Part shown: positions 53,592-63,078 of the stretch, piece after piece | Layout: each line of letters begins with the position of its first letter | Position numbering within the stretch: the stretch's first letter is position 1 | IMG/VR virus record: IMGVR_UViG_3300032312_001770 | Span: 1-64,000 of that record | DNA length: 64,000 nt | Reading direction: 5' to 3' (one strand) | Source: a virus | Taxonomy: Duplodnaviria > Heunggongvirae > Uroviricota > Caudoviricetes | The notes under the pieces: model-generated | The model's input: the letters and a program-made list of their open reading frames with translations, nothing else | What the model was told of the DNA's origin: nothing | Database searches by the model: none | Program-made: the position numbers and the translations under genes

Positions 53592-55118
53592 TTGAAAATG
53601 ATTAAAAAATATTCAGACTTCTTAAAAGAAAACTTAGAATTCATCATAGAATCTAATGTTGTTTTCTCTGATAACTTCAGAAAAGCAATGACCAGAATTG
53701 AACATCCAATGGCTAAAGCTATTTTAGGTGTTGAAAACAATGATATCACAGTTCAGGCTAACTACCTTGATATTGAATTTTCAAAAAACGATACAATTAC
53801 TTTTACTCCTGATAGAAAAGCTCAAGAGATTTTAGGTGATACTAAAGAAGTAGTTAGATTCACTGGTTCAGGTGGTGGTTGGTTAAAACACAAAGATTCA
53901 AATGCTAAATTATTTACTCGTCTAGGTTATACATTTGAAGAAGGTTCTAATCCTTACCAGCCTAATTCTAGAGATTTGGGTGAAATAGTTGCTAAAGTAA
54001 CATCTGAAACAAGTGGTAAAGTTTATGCTTGGGTTAAATTTAAAGACCAATCAGGAAATGAAGTTGGTGAAGGTGTTTATAATAATGAAAAACTAAGAGT
54101 TGTTGATGAAAGAATTAAAAAGATTTGGTCATCTAATAGACAGGAGATTAAAGTAGGTAGAGCAATGAGAGCACTTTTGAAAGCGGCTGGTGCTGAATTT
54201 GCTGATAAAGACTTTGAACAATTTGTTAATTTATATAAAGCAACTATTGATAAGATGAATGATAAGTTTTCTTATATTGAAGTTGTTAGAGGTTCAGATA
54301 TTGCTCACTGGTATCACAATGAAAATTACTTTCAAAGAAGTGGCACTTTAGGTTCATCTTGTATGGCTAGTGCTCCTGAGAGTTGGTTAGAAGTTTACAC
54401 TGCTAATCCAGAAGTTGGTTTAGTTATTTACAAATCAATTGATGATACTGAAAAAATTATTGGTAGAGCCTTACTTTGGAAATTAAAAGATGGTAAAGAA
54501 TACTTGGATAGAATCTATACAGTAAATGATTCTGATGTTCAATTATTTAGAGATTATGCTAAAGAAAATGGTTGGTACTATAAAGAAAATAACAATAGCT
54601 CAGATAGTAGTAATGCTATAGCACCAGATGGAAGTAGAGTTAACTTAGACTTAATTGTTAATTTAACTGATGCTAGTATGGATAATTTTCCTTACTTAGA
54701 TACACTTAAATATTTTAATCCAAGAAGAAAAACAATTTCAAACTTTGATACTGGTGGTTGTTACTTCTTAGAAGATACAGGCGGTGATTATGTCAGACCT
54801 TGTGATACTTGTGGTGGATCAGGTAGAACAGAATGTCCCGATTGTGATGGAAACGGTGATTATCAATGCGGAAATTGTGATGGTGATGGAGAAGTTGACT
54901 GTAATGAGTGTTATTCTGGTAAAGTAGAGTGTGATAACTGTAGTGGCTCAGGTGAAGTAGATGATGAGCCTTGCCGCGATTGTGATGGCGAAGGTAAAGT
55001 TAACTGTTCAGATTGTGGTGGAAGTGGTAAAGAACAATGCAGTACTTGTGATGGTGACGAAAGAGTAAAATGTGATAACTGTAGTGGTAGAGGACAAGTT
55101 GACTGTTATGACTGCTAA
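53592..55118 (+). CDS. hypothetical protein with an MKMIKKYSDFLKEN N-terminus and a C-terminal array of about 8 CxxCxGxG/CxxCDGDG zinc-knuckle repeats
   Basis: Residues ~405-508: CDTCGGSGRTECPDCDGNGDYQCGNCDGDGEVDCNEC... Confidence 0.5.
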   Translation: MKMIKKYSDFLKENLEFIIESNVVFSDNFRKAMTRIEHPMAKAILGVENNDITVQANYLDIEFSKNDTITFTPDRKAQEILGDTKEVVRFTGSGGGWLKHKDSNAKLFTRLGYTFEEGSNPYQPNSRDLGEIVAKVTSETSGKVYAWVKFKDQSGNEVGEGVYNNEKLRVVDERIKKIWSSNRQEIKVGRAMRALLKAAGAEFADKDFEQFVNLYKATIDKMNDKFSYIEVVRGSDIAHWYHNENYFQRSGTLGSSCMASAPESWLEVYTANPEVGLVIYKSIDDTEKIIGRALLWKLKDGKEYLDRIYTVNDSDVQLFRDYAKENGWYYKENNNSSDSSNAIAPDGSRVNLDLIVNLTDASMDNFPYLDTLKYFNPRRKTISNFDTGGCYFLEDTGGDYVRPCDTCGGSGRTECPDCDGNGDYQCGNCDGDGEVDCNECYSGKVECDNCSGSGEVDDEPCRDCDGEGKVNCSDCGGSGKEQCSTCDGDERVKCDNCSGRGQVDCYDC

Positions 55119-55135
55119 AAATATATTAAAATAGA

Positions 55136-55167
55136 AAAAGCCTCTGATTTCTCAGAGGCTTTTTTTA
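55136..55167 (+). terminator. rho-independent terminator (AAAAGCCTCTGA-loop-TCAGAGGCTTTTTTT)
   Basis: Direct reading of the sequence. Confidence 0.7.
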
Positions 55168-55455
55168 TATTCCTAAGTCATTTAATCTTTTCTGTCTAAT
55201 AATTTGTGTTAGTGAATGAGTGTCATAAATACTAACTTCATACTTACTCATACAGTAGTCATCAATCATTTTATCAAATTTATTATAATCAAAAGCTTCA
55301 ACTTTATCACCAATTAATAACTCATATAAATTAACTGAGTATTTACGTTCTTCATCTCTAGCATTAGCCGCTTTCTCATAAATCTGGCGACTAACGGCGT
55401 CCTTCTTTTCTTTCTTAGCGTTAAGATATAACTCTAATATGTTATCAATTTCCAT
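55165..55455 (-). CDS. hypothetical protein
   Basis: 96 aa. Confidence 0.4.
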   Translation of the reverse strand: MEIDNILELYLNAKKEKKDAVSRQIYEKAANARDEERKYSVNLYELLIGDKVEAFDYNKFDKMIDDYCMSKYEVSIYDTHSLTQIIRQKRLNDLGI

Positions 55456-57193
55456 AATTAAGATTAACTTCTTCTATTGATGAAAACACTTCTTTATTAA
55501 TCTTTAATATTCTATCAAACATCTCTTGGTTCAAAATAGCATGGTGAACAACAAAGATATTAATGTTATAATCATTTGCGAATGATTTTAAGAGCGCCAA
55601 AATAGAATCTATACCTTCGATATCAATTGATGAGAAAACCTCATCTAAGAAGAGTATATTGATATGACGTTTAGTTCTGATTAATTTTAAGTAAGCAATT
55701 AAGATACTAATATTTACTTTCTTAGTTTCACCAGTTGATAAAGAATCGTGTTCAATTTGAGAACCTAATTGTTTAATCTCGGCTGTGAAAGTCTCATCTA
55801 ATTTCACCTCAAATGGTAAACCCATCTTTTTAATATTCTCAGCAATAAAGTGATTGATTGGTTTGATAATACCAGATATGATAGATTTTTTAACGCCATC
55901 TTCACCAAAGATTCGATTTAACTCTTTGTAGTAAAGTTCTTTTTCTTTACAAACTGTGATATTATCAGTACTAACTACTTTCTTTTCTTGAAGTTCTTCA
56001 ATAGTATCTTGAAACTCTTGAATATTGACAGAAGGTGCTGTATTAACTGGAACAGTTTGACTTGCTTTCTTTTGGTTTAATTTATCAATTTCTGATTTAT
56101 AGTTTTTTAATAAGTAACTTAAATCATTAAAAGTAGTAGTTGTAGTTTCGGATAAACCTTTTAGCTTAACTTGTCTTTCTCTAACTTTAGTAACATTAGC
56201 TTCAATTTCAGCTTTGATATTTTCAAATCCTAATTTCTTTTCTTCTAAAGCTGTTCTTAAATTAGCAAAGTGAACTGAATCAAAATCTGTTTTACAAGTT
56301 GGACACTTACCAGAATCATATAAATCTAATTCTCTTTGAACATTCTTAATATCATTCTGACAATTAATAAGTTGTCTTTTTTCTTTATCCATTTCATCAG
56401 AAAGTTCAGAATCCTTTTCTTTGATTCTATCTATCTTTTCTTTCAAAGATTTATAATCATCTTTTCTAGAATTCATCTCACCAGTGATTCTATCAATCTC
56501 TGCTTGAATATCTTCTTTCTCTCTTTCTAAGGCTAATCTAGCCTCTTCTTTTTGTCTTTCAATGGCTTTATCAATAGACCTTTGAATAGATAAAATTGAG
56601 TCATCTAAGGTTCTAATTTCAGCGTCAAAAGAAGCGGCTCTAGTTTTATTGTTTTTTGCGATATCTTTTAAGATACCATTTAAGATATTGATAACTTCTA
56701 AGTTAAACAACTTGTCTAAAAGAAGTTGTTTTTCTTCATTTGATAAAGAGATAAAGTTTTTGAAGTCATTGATAGACATTGAGATAAATGATTTGAAAGT
56801 TTCGATATCCATACCGATATACTTTTCAATCTTTTCATCAATGTTGCCTTTACCGGCTCTTTCATTGACTACTCCATTTTCGGTAAGTTCTAAGACACCA
56901 GGTGATATGCCTCGTTTAATTTCAACATCGGTACCTAAAGAATTAAATTTAATTCTATTAAGTAGTTCACCGTTAATTCTGTTTGGAAGTGTTGATAAAG
57001 TGGCCCATTTCTTTTTACGACCTCTAACTTTACCATAAAGTGTGTAATCGAAGGAATCTAACAAAGATGATTTACCTGCTCCGTTATTTCCAACAAGAAG
57101 AATCAATTCTCCTTTTTCTGTATTTAATTTTAAGACTTGTTCGTTATTACCATAACTTTTGAATCCTCTAATTCCTAATTCACTAATAAGCAT
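55445..57193 (-). CDS. SbcC/Rad50-like recombination ATPase (T4 gp46-like)
   Basis: Walker A LLVGNNGAGKSSLLD, long coiled coil with a CPTC zinc-hook-like motif, C-terminal LFLDEVFSSID (Walker B/D-loop). Confidence 0.65.
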   Translation of the reverse strand: MLISELGIRGFKSYGNNEQVLKLNTEKGELILLVGNNGAGKSSLLDSFDYTLYGKVRGRKKKWATLSTLPNRINGELLNRIKFNSLGTDVEIKRGISPGVLELTENGVVNERAGKGNIDEKIEKYIGMDIETFKSFISMSINDFKNFISLSNEEKQLLLDKLFNLEVINILNGILKDIAKNNKTRAASFDAEIRTLDDSILSIQRSIDKAIERQKEEARLALEREKEDIQAEIDRITGEMNSRKDDYKSLKEKIDRIKEKDSELSDEMDKEKRQLINCQNDIKNVQRELDLYDSGKCPTCKTDFDSVHFANLRTALEEKKLGFENIKAEIEANVTKVRERQVKLKGLSETTTTTFNDLSYLLKNYKSEIDKLNQKKASQTVPVNTAPSVNIQEFQDTIEELQEKKVVSTDNITVCKEKELYYKELNRIFGEDGVKKSIISGIIKPINHFIAENIKKMGLPFEVKLDETFTAEIKQLGSQIEHDSLSTGETKKVNISILIAYLKLIRTKRHINILFLDEVFSSIDIEGIDSILALLKSFANDYNINIFVVHHAILNQEMFDRILKINKEVFSSIEEVNLNYGN

Positions 57194-57242
57194 TTAATAC
57201 TGACTATTTTTTATTTATATCTAAATAACCAATAATAGTTTA

Positions 57243-57599
57243 TTATTCTTCTTTAATATCGTCTTCGTTTATGTCTTCGGCTTCTGTTGATTCTATACTA
57301 GCTTCAGTATATTTACTAATATCAATTTCATCTAAACGATTGATAATCTCGTTATAAGGTACAACTTTTTTAAGTATTGAAATAATTAAATTTCTATATC
57401 CATCCCAGAATTCAATTTTCATACCTAAATCTTGTTCAATACTTTCATCAACAGTTAAAGCTAGTGCTTCGTTTGAATAATAAATAGTACCTTCGGTAAA
57501 GTCACCTTTATAACCAATAGTTAAAAGCACAAGAACACCATTCTCGTATTTACCAAGATAGTCTAAAATATCAGCCGTTATTTCAAGTTGATTTTCCAT
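57243..57599 (-). CDS. hypothetical acidic protein
   Basis: 118 aa. Confidence 0.4.
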   Translation of the reverse strand: MENQLEITADILDYLGKYENGVLVLLTIGYKGDFTEGTIYYSNEALALTVDESIEQDLGMKIEFWDGYRNLIISILKKVVPYNEIINRLDEIDISKYTEASIESTEAEDINEDDIKEE

Positions 57600-57600
57600 A

Positions 57601-57879
57601 TTAAATTTTTTCGTTTACTAGAAATTCTAATTTTTTAAATTTATCATCAGTATCTGTAAAAATGATTTGAATCTTATCAATATCTACAAATTCTTTGGAT
57701 TCACCTGATACTTCATTTACCATTACATCTTTTTTGTAAACAACTTCAATTCCTGGTTCCTCACCTAAAAATCTACGCATTTCTTCTTTAATTTTTGGTA
57801 GTTTCCAATCATCATTTTTAAAATCAATCTTGGAGACGTATTCTCTAATTGCCATTTCTTTCATTGAACTCATATTCAA
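57601..57879 (-). CDS. hypothetical protein
   Basis: 92 aa. Confidence 0.4.
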   Translation of the reverse strand: MNMSSMKEMAIREYVSKIDFKNDDWKLPKIKEEMRRFLGEEPGIEVVYKKDVMVNEVSGESKEFVDIDKIQIIFTDTDDKFKKLEFLVNEKI

Positions 57880-57908
57880 AAGTTTATTTTTTATTTATAT
57901 TCTATTTA

Positions 57909-58244
57909 TTAATATAGTTTACCAGTTTCTAAGTAGTAAGTATTATGTGTAGTTATCATCTCTAAAGTATCATGTGATAATCTACATTTTTCAATAAATG
58001 ATTTTACATCATCATCTGTTAAATCAAACCACTCGCCATTTATTTTTTTACTTTTGAATGTTCTGTGTAACTGTGATTCTATTTTAGTTCCCCATTTTGA
58101 CTTAAAATAATCAATAACATACATCTCAGAACCGTTACCAGTTTTCAACTCTTTTACTCTTTTAGAGACATCTCTTCTTGTATAACCTATTTTATACAAT
58201 CTTCTTCCTTCAAATTCGGCGCATATCAAATAAACATTTATCAT
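57909..58244 (-). CDS. hypothetical protein, possibly GIY-YIG/T5orf172-like (YLI..YKIGYT)
   Basis: Weak motif match only. Confidence 0.3.
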   Translation of the reverse strand: MINVYLICAEFEGRRLYKIGYTRRDVSKRVKELKTGNGSEMYVIDYFKSKWGTKIESQLHRTFKSKKINGEWFDLTDDDVKSFIEKCRLSHDTLEMITTHNTYYLETGKLY

Positions 58245-58274
58245 TAGAGTATATATTACTCTAACATGTTTTCA

Positions 58275-58520
58275 TCACCAGATTTGTGGAAAGTTTGCGG
58301 GTCCTCCTTTTGGAGTAGAAGTTATAATAATATTAGAAACATCTATATCAAATATTTTACCTATTTTTATTCTTCTTGAATATCTTTTAAAAAAAATTTG
58401 TCTAACAATAGATATATCTACTTCTTTAAGAAAAACTCCTGGACTTTTATATACTGCCATTTCTCTTCTTCTTTTTACTTCTTCTTGTTTTCTTGTGAGA
58501 TTTAGATGACTCATCACCAT
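58275..58520 (-). CDS. hypothetical protein (overlapping ORF; real start may be downstream)
   Basis: 81-aa ORF. Confidence 0.25.
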   Translation of the reverse strand: MVMSHLNLTRKQEEVKRRREMAVYKSPGVFLKEVDISIVRQIFFKRYSRRIKIGKIFDIDVSNIIITSTPKGGPANFPQIW

Positions 58521-58932
58521 ATTTATAATCTAAATAGAATAAAGTACCTGATGGACCAGACATTGGAGTTACTCCTTTTTTCATCAACTCTTTATATTCT
58601 TCATCATCTTCTAACTTCTTTTCACTAAATTCACCGCCTTCAATAATAGCTTCAATTTTACCATCACGATTTTCAGATTGTACTTTCTTTTTAACCTCAT
58701 CAATTTCTTCTTTTGTAGCAAATATTAAATCATTTGATATTGTTCTAGCGGCTACTTTCATAGCTATTGGTAATAATGTTGAAAAATCTTCTGATTTAGA
58801 TTCTTCTAATATTTGATTTGATTGATTTTCAGCTAACTGTGATAAATTATCTAATTGAGATCCAGTCATACCCATAGACCCTAAGATGGAAGTCCACTTT
58901 TTCGTTATATCTTCTTTATTTGTTTGTTTCAT
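58447..58932 (-). CDS. hypothetical protein with a Lys/Arg-rich C-terminus
   Basis: 161 aa; overlaps ORF 58275..58520 by 74 nt. Confidence 0.4.
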   Translation of the reverse strand: MKQTNKEDITKKWTSILGSMGMTGSQLDNLSQLAENQSNQILEESKSEDFSTLLPIAMKVAARTISNDLIFATKEEIDEVKKKVQSENRDGKIEAIIEGGEFSEKKLEDDEEYKELMKKGVTPMSGPSGTLFYLDYKYGDESSKSHKKTRRSKKKKRNGSI

Positions 58933-58938
58933 AAAATA

Positions 58939-58972
58939 AAAAAACTTTTCTTGTTATAGAAAAGTTTTTATT
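58939..58972. terminator. A-run plus hairpin AAAACTTTTC-loop-GAAAAGTTTT plus T-run (bidirectional-terminator-like)
   Basis: Direct reading of the sequence. Confidence 0.55.
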
Positions 58973-58977
58973 TTTGT

Positions 58978-59292
58978 TTAGTAGTTAAAGTTTAAGAACT
59001 CATACTCTTTTAGTATCAATTGTTTAACTTTCTCAAAGTTTTCATCAGATAAAGAATAATACTTTTTCTGAAACCAACTAATCATATGATTAATAATAAC
59101 ATCCTCTGCCTCACCGTTTCCAGTTCTTGAATAATATTCGGGATCTTCTTCATCTGGTTTCCATTGATTAATTTCATCATTTAACATATCTTGTATTTCA
59201 GATTGGTCTGGAAATCTTCCTTTAATTTTAGCAATAGCAAACTCAGGATCTTGTTGTTCTTGATTTTCGTTATATTTTTTTAAGTATTTCAT
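58978..59292 (-). CDS. hypothetical protein (MKYLKKYNENQ N-terminus)
   Basis: 104 aa; GTATATATTAA element immediately upstream. Confidence 0.45.
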   Translation of the reverse strand: MKYLKKYNENQEQQDPEFAIAKIKGRFPDQSEIQDMLNDEINQWKPDEEDPEYYSRTGNGEAEDVIINHMISWFQKKYYSLSDENFEKVKQLILKEYEFLNFNY

Positions 59293-59307
59293 AATGTATA
59301 TATTAAT

Positions 59308-60051
59308 TTATATTCCAAACATATCTTTCATCTGAGAAAGAAAATTATTAACAAAATTTTTATCTTTTTCAGAACCATCTTCAAGTATATTTTTCACCCA
59401 TTCTTTGTTCTCAATATATTGATAAGCTTGTAGTTTATCCGAGTAATCAAAATCATCCATTTTCTTTCCAATATATGATTCAATATCCTTTTCAAATTCT
59501 TCTTCAGAAATCCACATGTCATCTGTTTCTTTTGACAATCTATCGTCTAGACCAGCAATAGCATCATCAATATCACTTATATCAATATCAGAAATACTAA
59601 GATTAGATTCATCAGAAGTATAAATCCAAGTCTCATCCATCTTATTTAAGATATGGTTAGCTTCTTTTCCTAATCTCATAATATCTTCTTCATCTCTTTC
59701 CTCATTATCTAATAAACTATTAAAACAAGATATCAAATCATCTAAATGACTAAAAATAGATTCTTCATAAGAAGAAAGTAAATCTTTACCATAAACTTCT
59801 TTTTCAAATAAATTAATTACAGATAAGTATTCTTCAGTAATTTTATATTCACCTTTAACAGCACTATCAATTAAATCATTCAATGAAGCTTTAAATCTTT
59901 CATAAGATGATAGTTTATTATCATCATAACACTTTTTCTCATGAAGTTGAACTATTTTAATAATAGCTTGTTTCATTTTACCAATGTTTGCTAAAAAATC
60001 AAAATCAAAATCATTTGACTCTAAAAATAATTTATAGTTTTTAATTTTCAT
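59308..60051 (-). CDS. hypothetical acidic protein (MKIKNYKLFLESNDF N-terminus)
   Basis: 247 aa. Confidence 0.45.
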   Translation of the reverse strand: MKIKNYKLFLESNDFDFDFLANIGKMKQAIIKIVQLHEKKCYDDNKLSSYERFKASLNDLIDSAVKGEYKITEEYLSVINLFEKEVYGKDLLSSYEESIFSHLDDLISCFNSLLDNEERDEEDIMRLGKEANHILNKMDETWIYTSDESNLSISDIDISDIDDAIAGLDDRLSKETDDMWISEEEFEKDIESYIGKKMDDFDYSDKLQAYQYIENKEWVKNILEDGSEKDKNFVNNFLSQMKDMFGI

Positions 60052-60053
60052 TA

Positions 60054-61010
60054 TTATTTTAATTTTATATGTATGTAAACATAATATGATGTTGGTTTAA
60101 CACTAATTAAAACTCTACTGCTCCATTTCTTAGTAAGCAACCAAGTTGTGAAGTTATTTTTAATATTCATAAATTCACCTTCATCAAATTTACCATTATC
60201 CCATTTACCTAAACCTTTATATCCAAAAGATATTATCTTATCTTGAATTTTCACAACATCTTTTGATTCGTGATAACCAGGATTAAATCCTTTCATATCT
60301 GATTTAATCTTACCTAATGTCATTACATCAGCTAAACTTAGATTAACTAACTCTTTCTTTAATGAGTGAGCTGATTTAGATTCAATTTGACAAATCCATT
60401 TAATAACAGATTGATTCAACTTAAATTGACCAATTGGTGTTAGTACATCATAATGTAAACCATATTCAAAACTACCATCACATTTGATACCAAAGTATAA
60501 ATCAACTTCATTCTTTTGATAATCAACATGGTCTAAGTATCTACTTAAAGACTTGAATCTTGAAAATACTTGTTTTACATGTTCTGATTGTAGATTAGGG
60601 TAGTAATAGTATAATAAAAAGTCATCTGGAGATTTAGACCAGTTTGGTCCTAATTCTTTTTGACCTAAACTGGTTAAAGCTTTTAGGAAAGAAGTAAATA
60701 TACCTTTTCCAGCAACTGTAATTTCTGATTCAGTTAATTCTTCTAAATCAGTTGAAACTAAGAACTCAGGTTCTTTTTCTTCAATACCATTTTGTAAGTA
60801 ATTATCAATTTGATATTTAATTTCATTTTTAGTATTATCATCTAAGATATTAATAGCATTTGATAAGTCAATAGAAGCGTCAGAATCTTTTGTATAACGA
60901 GCTACTATGTTTCTAACATACTCATCATCTATAAGAGATTCAATCCACTCTCCAAGTGAATTAAAACCATTGAGATTTTCTTTTATAAATTCTAAATATC
61001 TTTTAATCAT
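60054..61010 (-). CDS. hypothetical protein (MIKRYLEFIKENLNGF N-terminus)
   Basis: 318 aa; GTATATATTAAATT upstream at 61014-61027. Confidence 0.45.
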   Translation of the reverse strand: MIKRYLEFIKENLNGFNSLGEWIESLIDDEYVRNIVARYTKDSDASIDLSNAINILDDNTKNEIKYQIDNYLQNGIEEKEPEFLVSTDLEELTESEITVAGKGIFTSFLKALTSLGQKELGPNWSKSPDDFLLYYYYPNLQSEHVKQVFSRFKSLSRYLDHVDYQKNEVDLYFGIKCDGSFEYGLHYDVLTPIGQFKLNQSVIKWICQIESKSAHSLKKELVNLSLADVMTLGKIKSDMKGFNPGYHESKDVVKIQDKIISFGYKGLGKWDNGKFDEGEFMNIKNNFTTWLLTKKWSSRVLISVKPTSYYVYIHIKLK

Positions 61011-61028
61011 AATGTATATATTAAATTG

Positions 61029-63077
61029 TTAAATTTCATAAATGTCTCTATCAGCTTCAAAGTTTTTAGAAACATCAGAAGCACTTAAAGCAGAACTATA
61101 CAATCTCACTATACCCATTTTACCACTAAACCATTGTTGAAATGTAGCACCTCCATTATATGATCCTATATGTAAATTTGTAGATGTATTTTGTAAGCTT
61201 GTATAAGAATGTGTTGTTGTTGATGAGAATTGACCATTTACATACGAAATTATATTATTATTTGATACATTATTAAACACATAAGTAAATTGATACCAAG
61301 TATTTAATGTTAAAGCATAGTTTAAGGTACTTACTGCCGAAAAGGCACCACTATTAAAGTCAGCTCGAATATTACCATTTAATATTCTAATAGCATATGA
61401 TATATCTGAAGAGTTACCACCGGGTGCAATTTTTCCCAAAACAACTCTACTACCTGTGTAGTTGGATACATTTATCCAAACTTCCATAGTCCAGTCCCCT
61501 GAGCCCGGTTCTAATAAAGAATTATCAGTAATAGTAATTTGTGAACTAGTTCCATTAAAAGTTAGATATGGTGCCGTAAATGTGTTATTTGACAAAGTAC
61601 CATTTAGAGAATTACCACTTAAATCACTAATATAATTTGGATAATTTAAATCTCTATTAGGGTTAAAATAAAGTACTAAGTTAGTATCTACAAAATTAGA
61701 ATATCTGTTCTTAACACTATTGTGATTTTGTAATATCTCAGAAGATGATAAAGCGACTTTATAAACAGAAGCCAAACCAATTCTACCATCCCAAAAATTA
61801 TCAGCAACACCAACATTCTCAGTACTTCCTGATAAATATTGAGAAAAGGTATTAGTGTCAGTTCCAACTGGCTGACCATTAAAGTAATAACTTACTAAAT
61901 TACCGGTAGTATGTGTTACAGCGGCAGTGAACCAAGTGCCTGGTGTAAAAGTTAAATTACTACTAAATCCACCTTGACCACCAGCAGAATAATGGAGTTG
62001 ATAATTACCGATATTATCTCTATATAAATAAAAGTTAAAATTTCTACTACCAGCTGAAGAACCCAAAATTGCTCTAAAAGTACTATTAATCATGTTACTT
62101 GATAGATAAGCAGTGACAAATACAGTTTTACCAGAGTAAGTCACATTATATTTAGCGGATGTTAATAATCCTTTACTATTTATAGTACCATTAAATGTAA
62201 AATAACCACCATTTACACTAGTATATGTTGTGTTTGACATTGTAGCATAATTATCTTGTACACTTAAATCATACCAAACACTACCAGAACCTGGATAAGA
62301 TGACGCAGATCCAGCATCTAAATAAAGTATTGTGTTATTTGTAATAAATGTATCATATGCCTCTCTGTTTGTGTTATAATTTAAAAGAATTTCAGTGTTA
62401 TCAAGAGGACCATCCCATATTCTCCAAACGCCTATATAACCTTTAAAATGACCTGTTGAACCACCAAGGTAATTAGTAGCCAAACCTGGTCTACCTAAAG
62501 ATAAATAAGTACTTGATGGATTTGACTTAACACCAATACTACTACCAACTGAAACACCATTAACATATTCTATCAATGTATTACCATCATATGTCATTAC
62601 TATATTATACCATGTATCAACCAAGAATGTAGGACCTGTAATATAATTAGGTGTGAAGTCATTTGGATCGAATAATCCTACATTAATTTTATTTGAAACA
62701 AAAGCCATTTGATTATCATTCCAAAGACTACTTGTTGCTGCTTGTCCGGTTTCTAATAAAAGAACTCCATTTGATGAGGTACCTGGGCGAGCCCAAACTT
62801 CATAAGTAAACCCTGTGTCTAAAATATTACCAAATCCATTTGTTGGAAATATGTATTCATTTACACCATCTAATGAAAGAACAATTTCACCATTTATGGA
62901 ATCCGTAACAACTGAACCATAAAAACTAGCGTCGTTATTATATGATGATTGGTCTTGCCAAGTTATTTCAGATAGTCCAATTTTTGATCGTAAATCTAAA
63001 ATCAAATTATTTTGGTCTAAATTTCTTTTGAATAGAATTGATAAAGGTCCTGAAAAATTACTAATTCTTGATAACAT
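61029..63077 (-). CDS. structural protein with three concanavalin-A/LamG-like jelly-roll repeats
   Basis: Three repeats of the pattern (F/Y)T(F/Y)EVWARPG / WTMEVWINVSN / WFTAAVTH...YFNGQPVG. Confidence 0.45.
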   Translation of the reverse strand: MLSRISNFSGPLSILFKRNLDQNNLILDLRSKIGLSEITWQDQSSYNNDASFYGSVVTDSINGEIVLSLDGVNEYIFPTNGFGNILDTGFTYEVWARPGTSSNGVLLLETGQAATSSLWNDNQMAFVSNKINVGLFDPNDFTPNYITGPTFLVDTWYNIVMTYDGNTLIEYVNGVSVGSSIGVKSNPSSTYLSLGRPGLATNYLGGSTGHFKGYIGVWRIWDGPLDNTEILLNYNTNREAYDTFITNNTILYLDAGSASSYPGSGSVWYDLSVQDNYATMSNTTYTSVNGGYFTFNGTINSKGLLTSAKYNVTYSGKTVFVTAYLSSNMINSTFRAILGSSAGSRNFNFYLYRDNIGNYQLHYSAGGQGGFSSNLTFTPGTWFTAAVTHTTGNLVSYYFNGQPVGTDTNTFSQYLSGSTENVGVADNFWDGRIGLASVYKVALSSSEILQNHNSVKNRYSNFVDTNLVLYFNPNRDLNYPNYISDLSGNSLNGTLSNNTFTAPYLTFNGTSSQITITDNSLLEPGSGDWTMEVWINVSNYTGSRVVLGKIAPGGNSSDISYAIRILNGNIRADFNSGAFSAVSTLNYALTLNTWYQFTYVFNNVSNNNIISYVNGQFSSTTTHSYTSLQNTSTNLHIGSYNGGATFQQWFSGKMGIVRLYSSALSASDVSKNFEADRDIYEI

Positions 63078-63078
63078 A

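Noticed and set aside
58447-58520. Programmed -1 frameshift at the Lys-codon run
   Set aside because: The downstream ORF is in the +1, not -1, frame and there is no X_XXY_YYZ heptamer; recorded only as a low-interest overlap.
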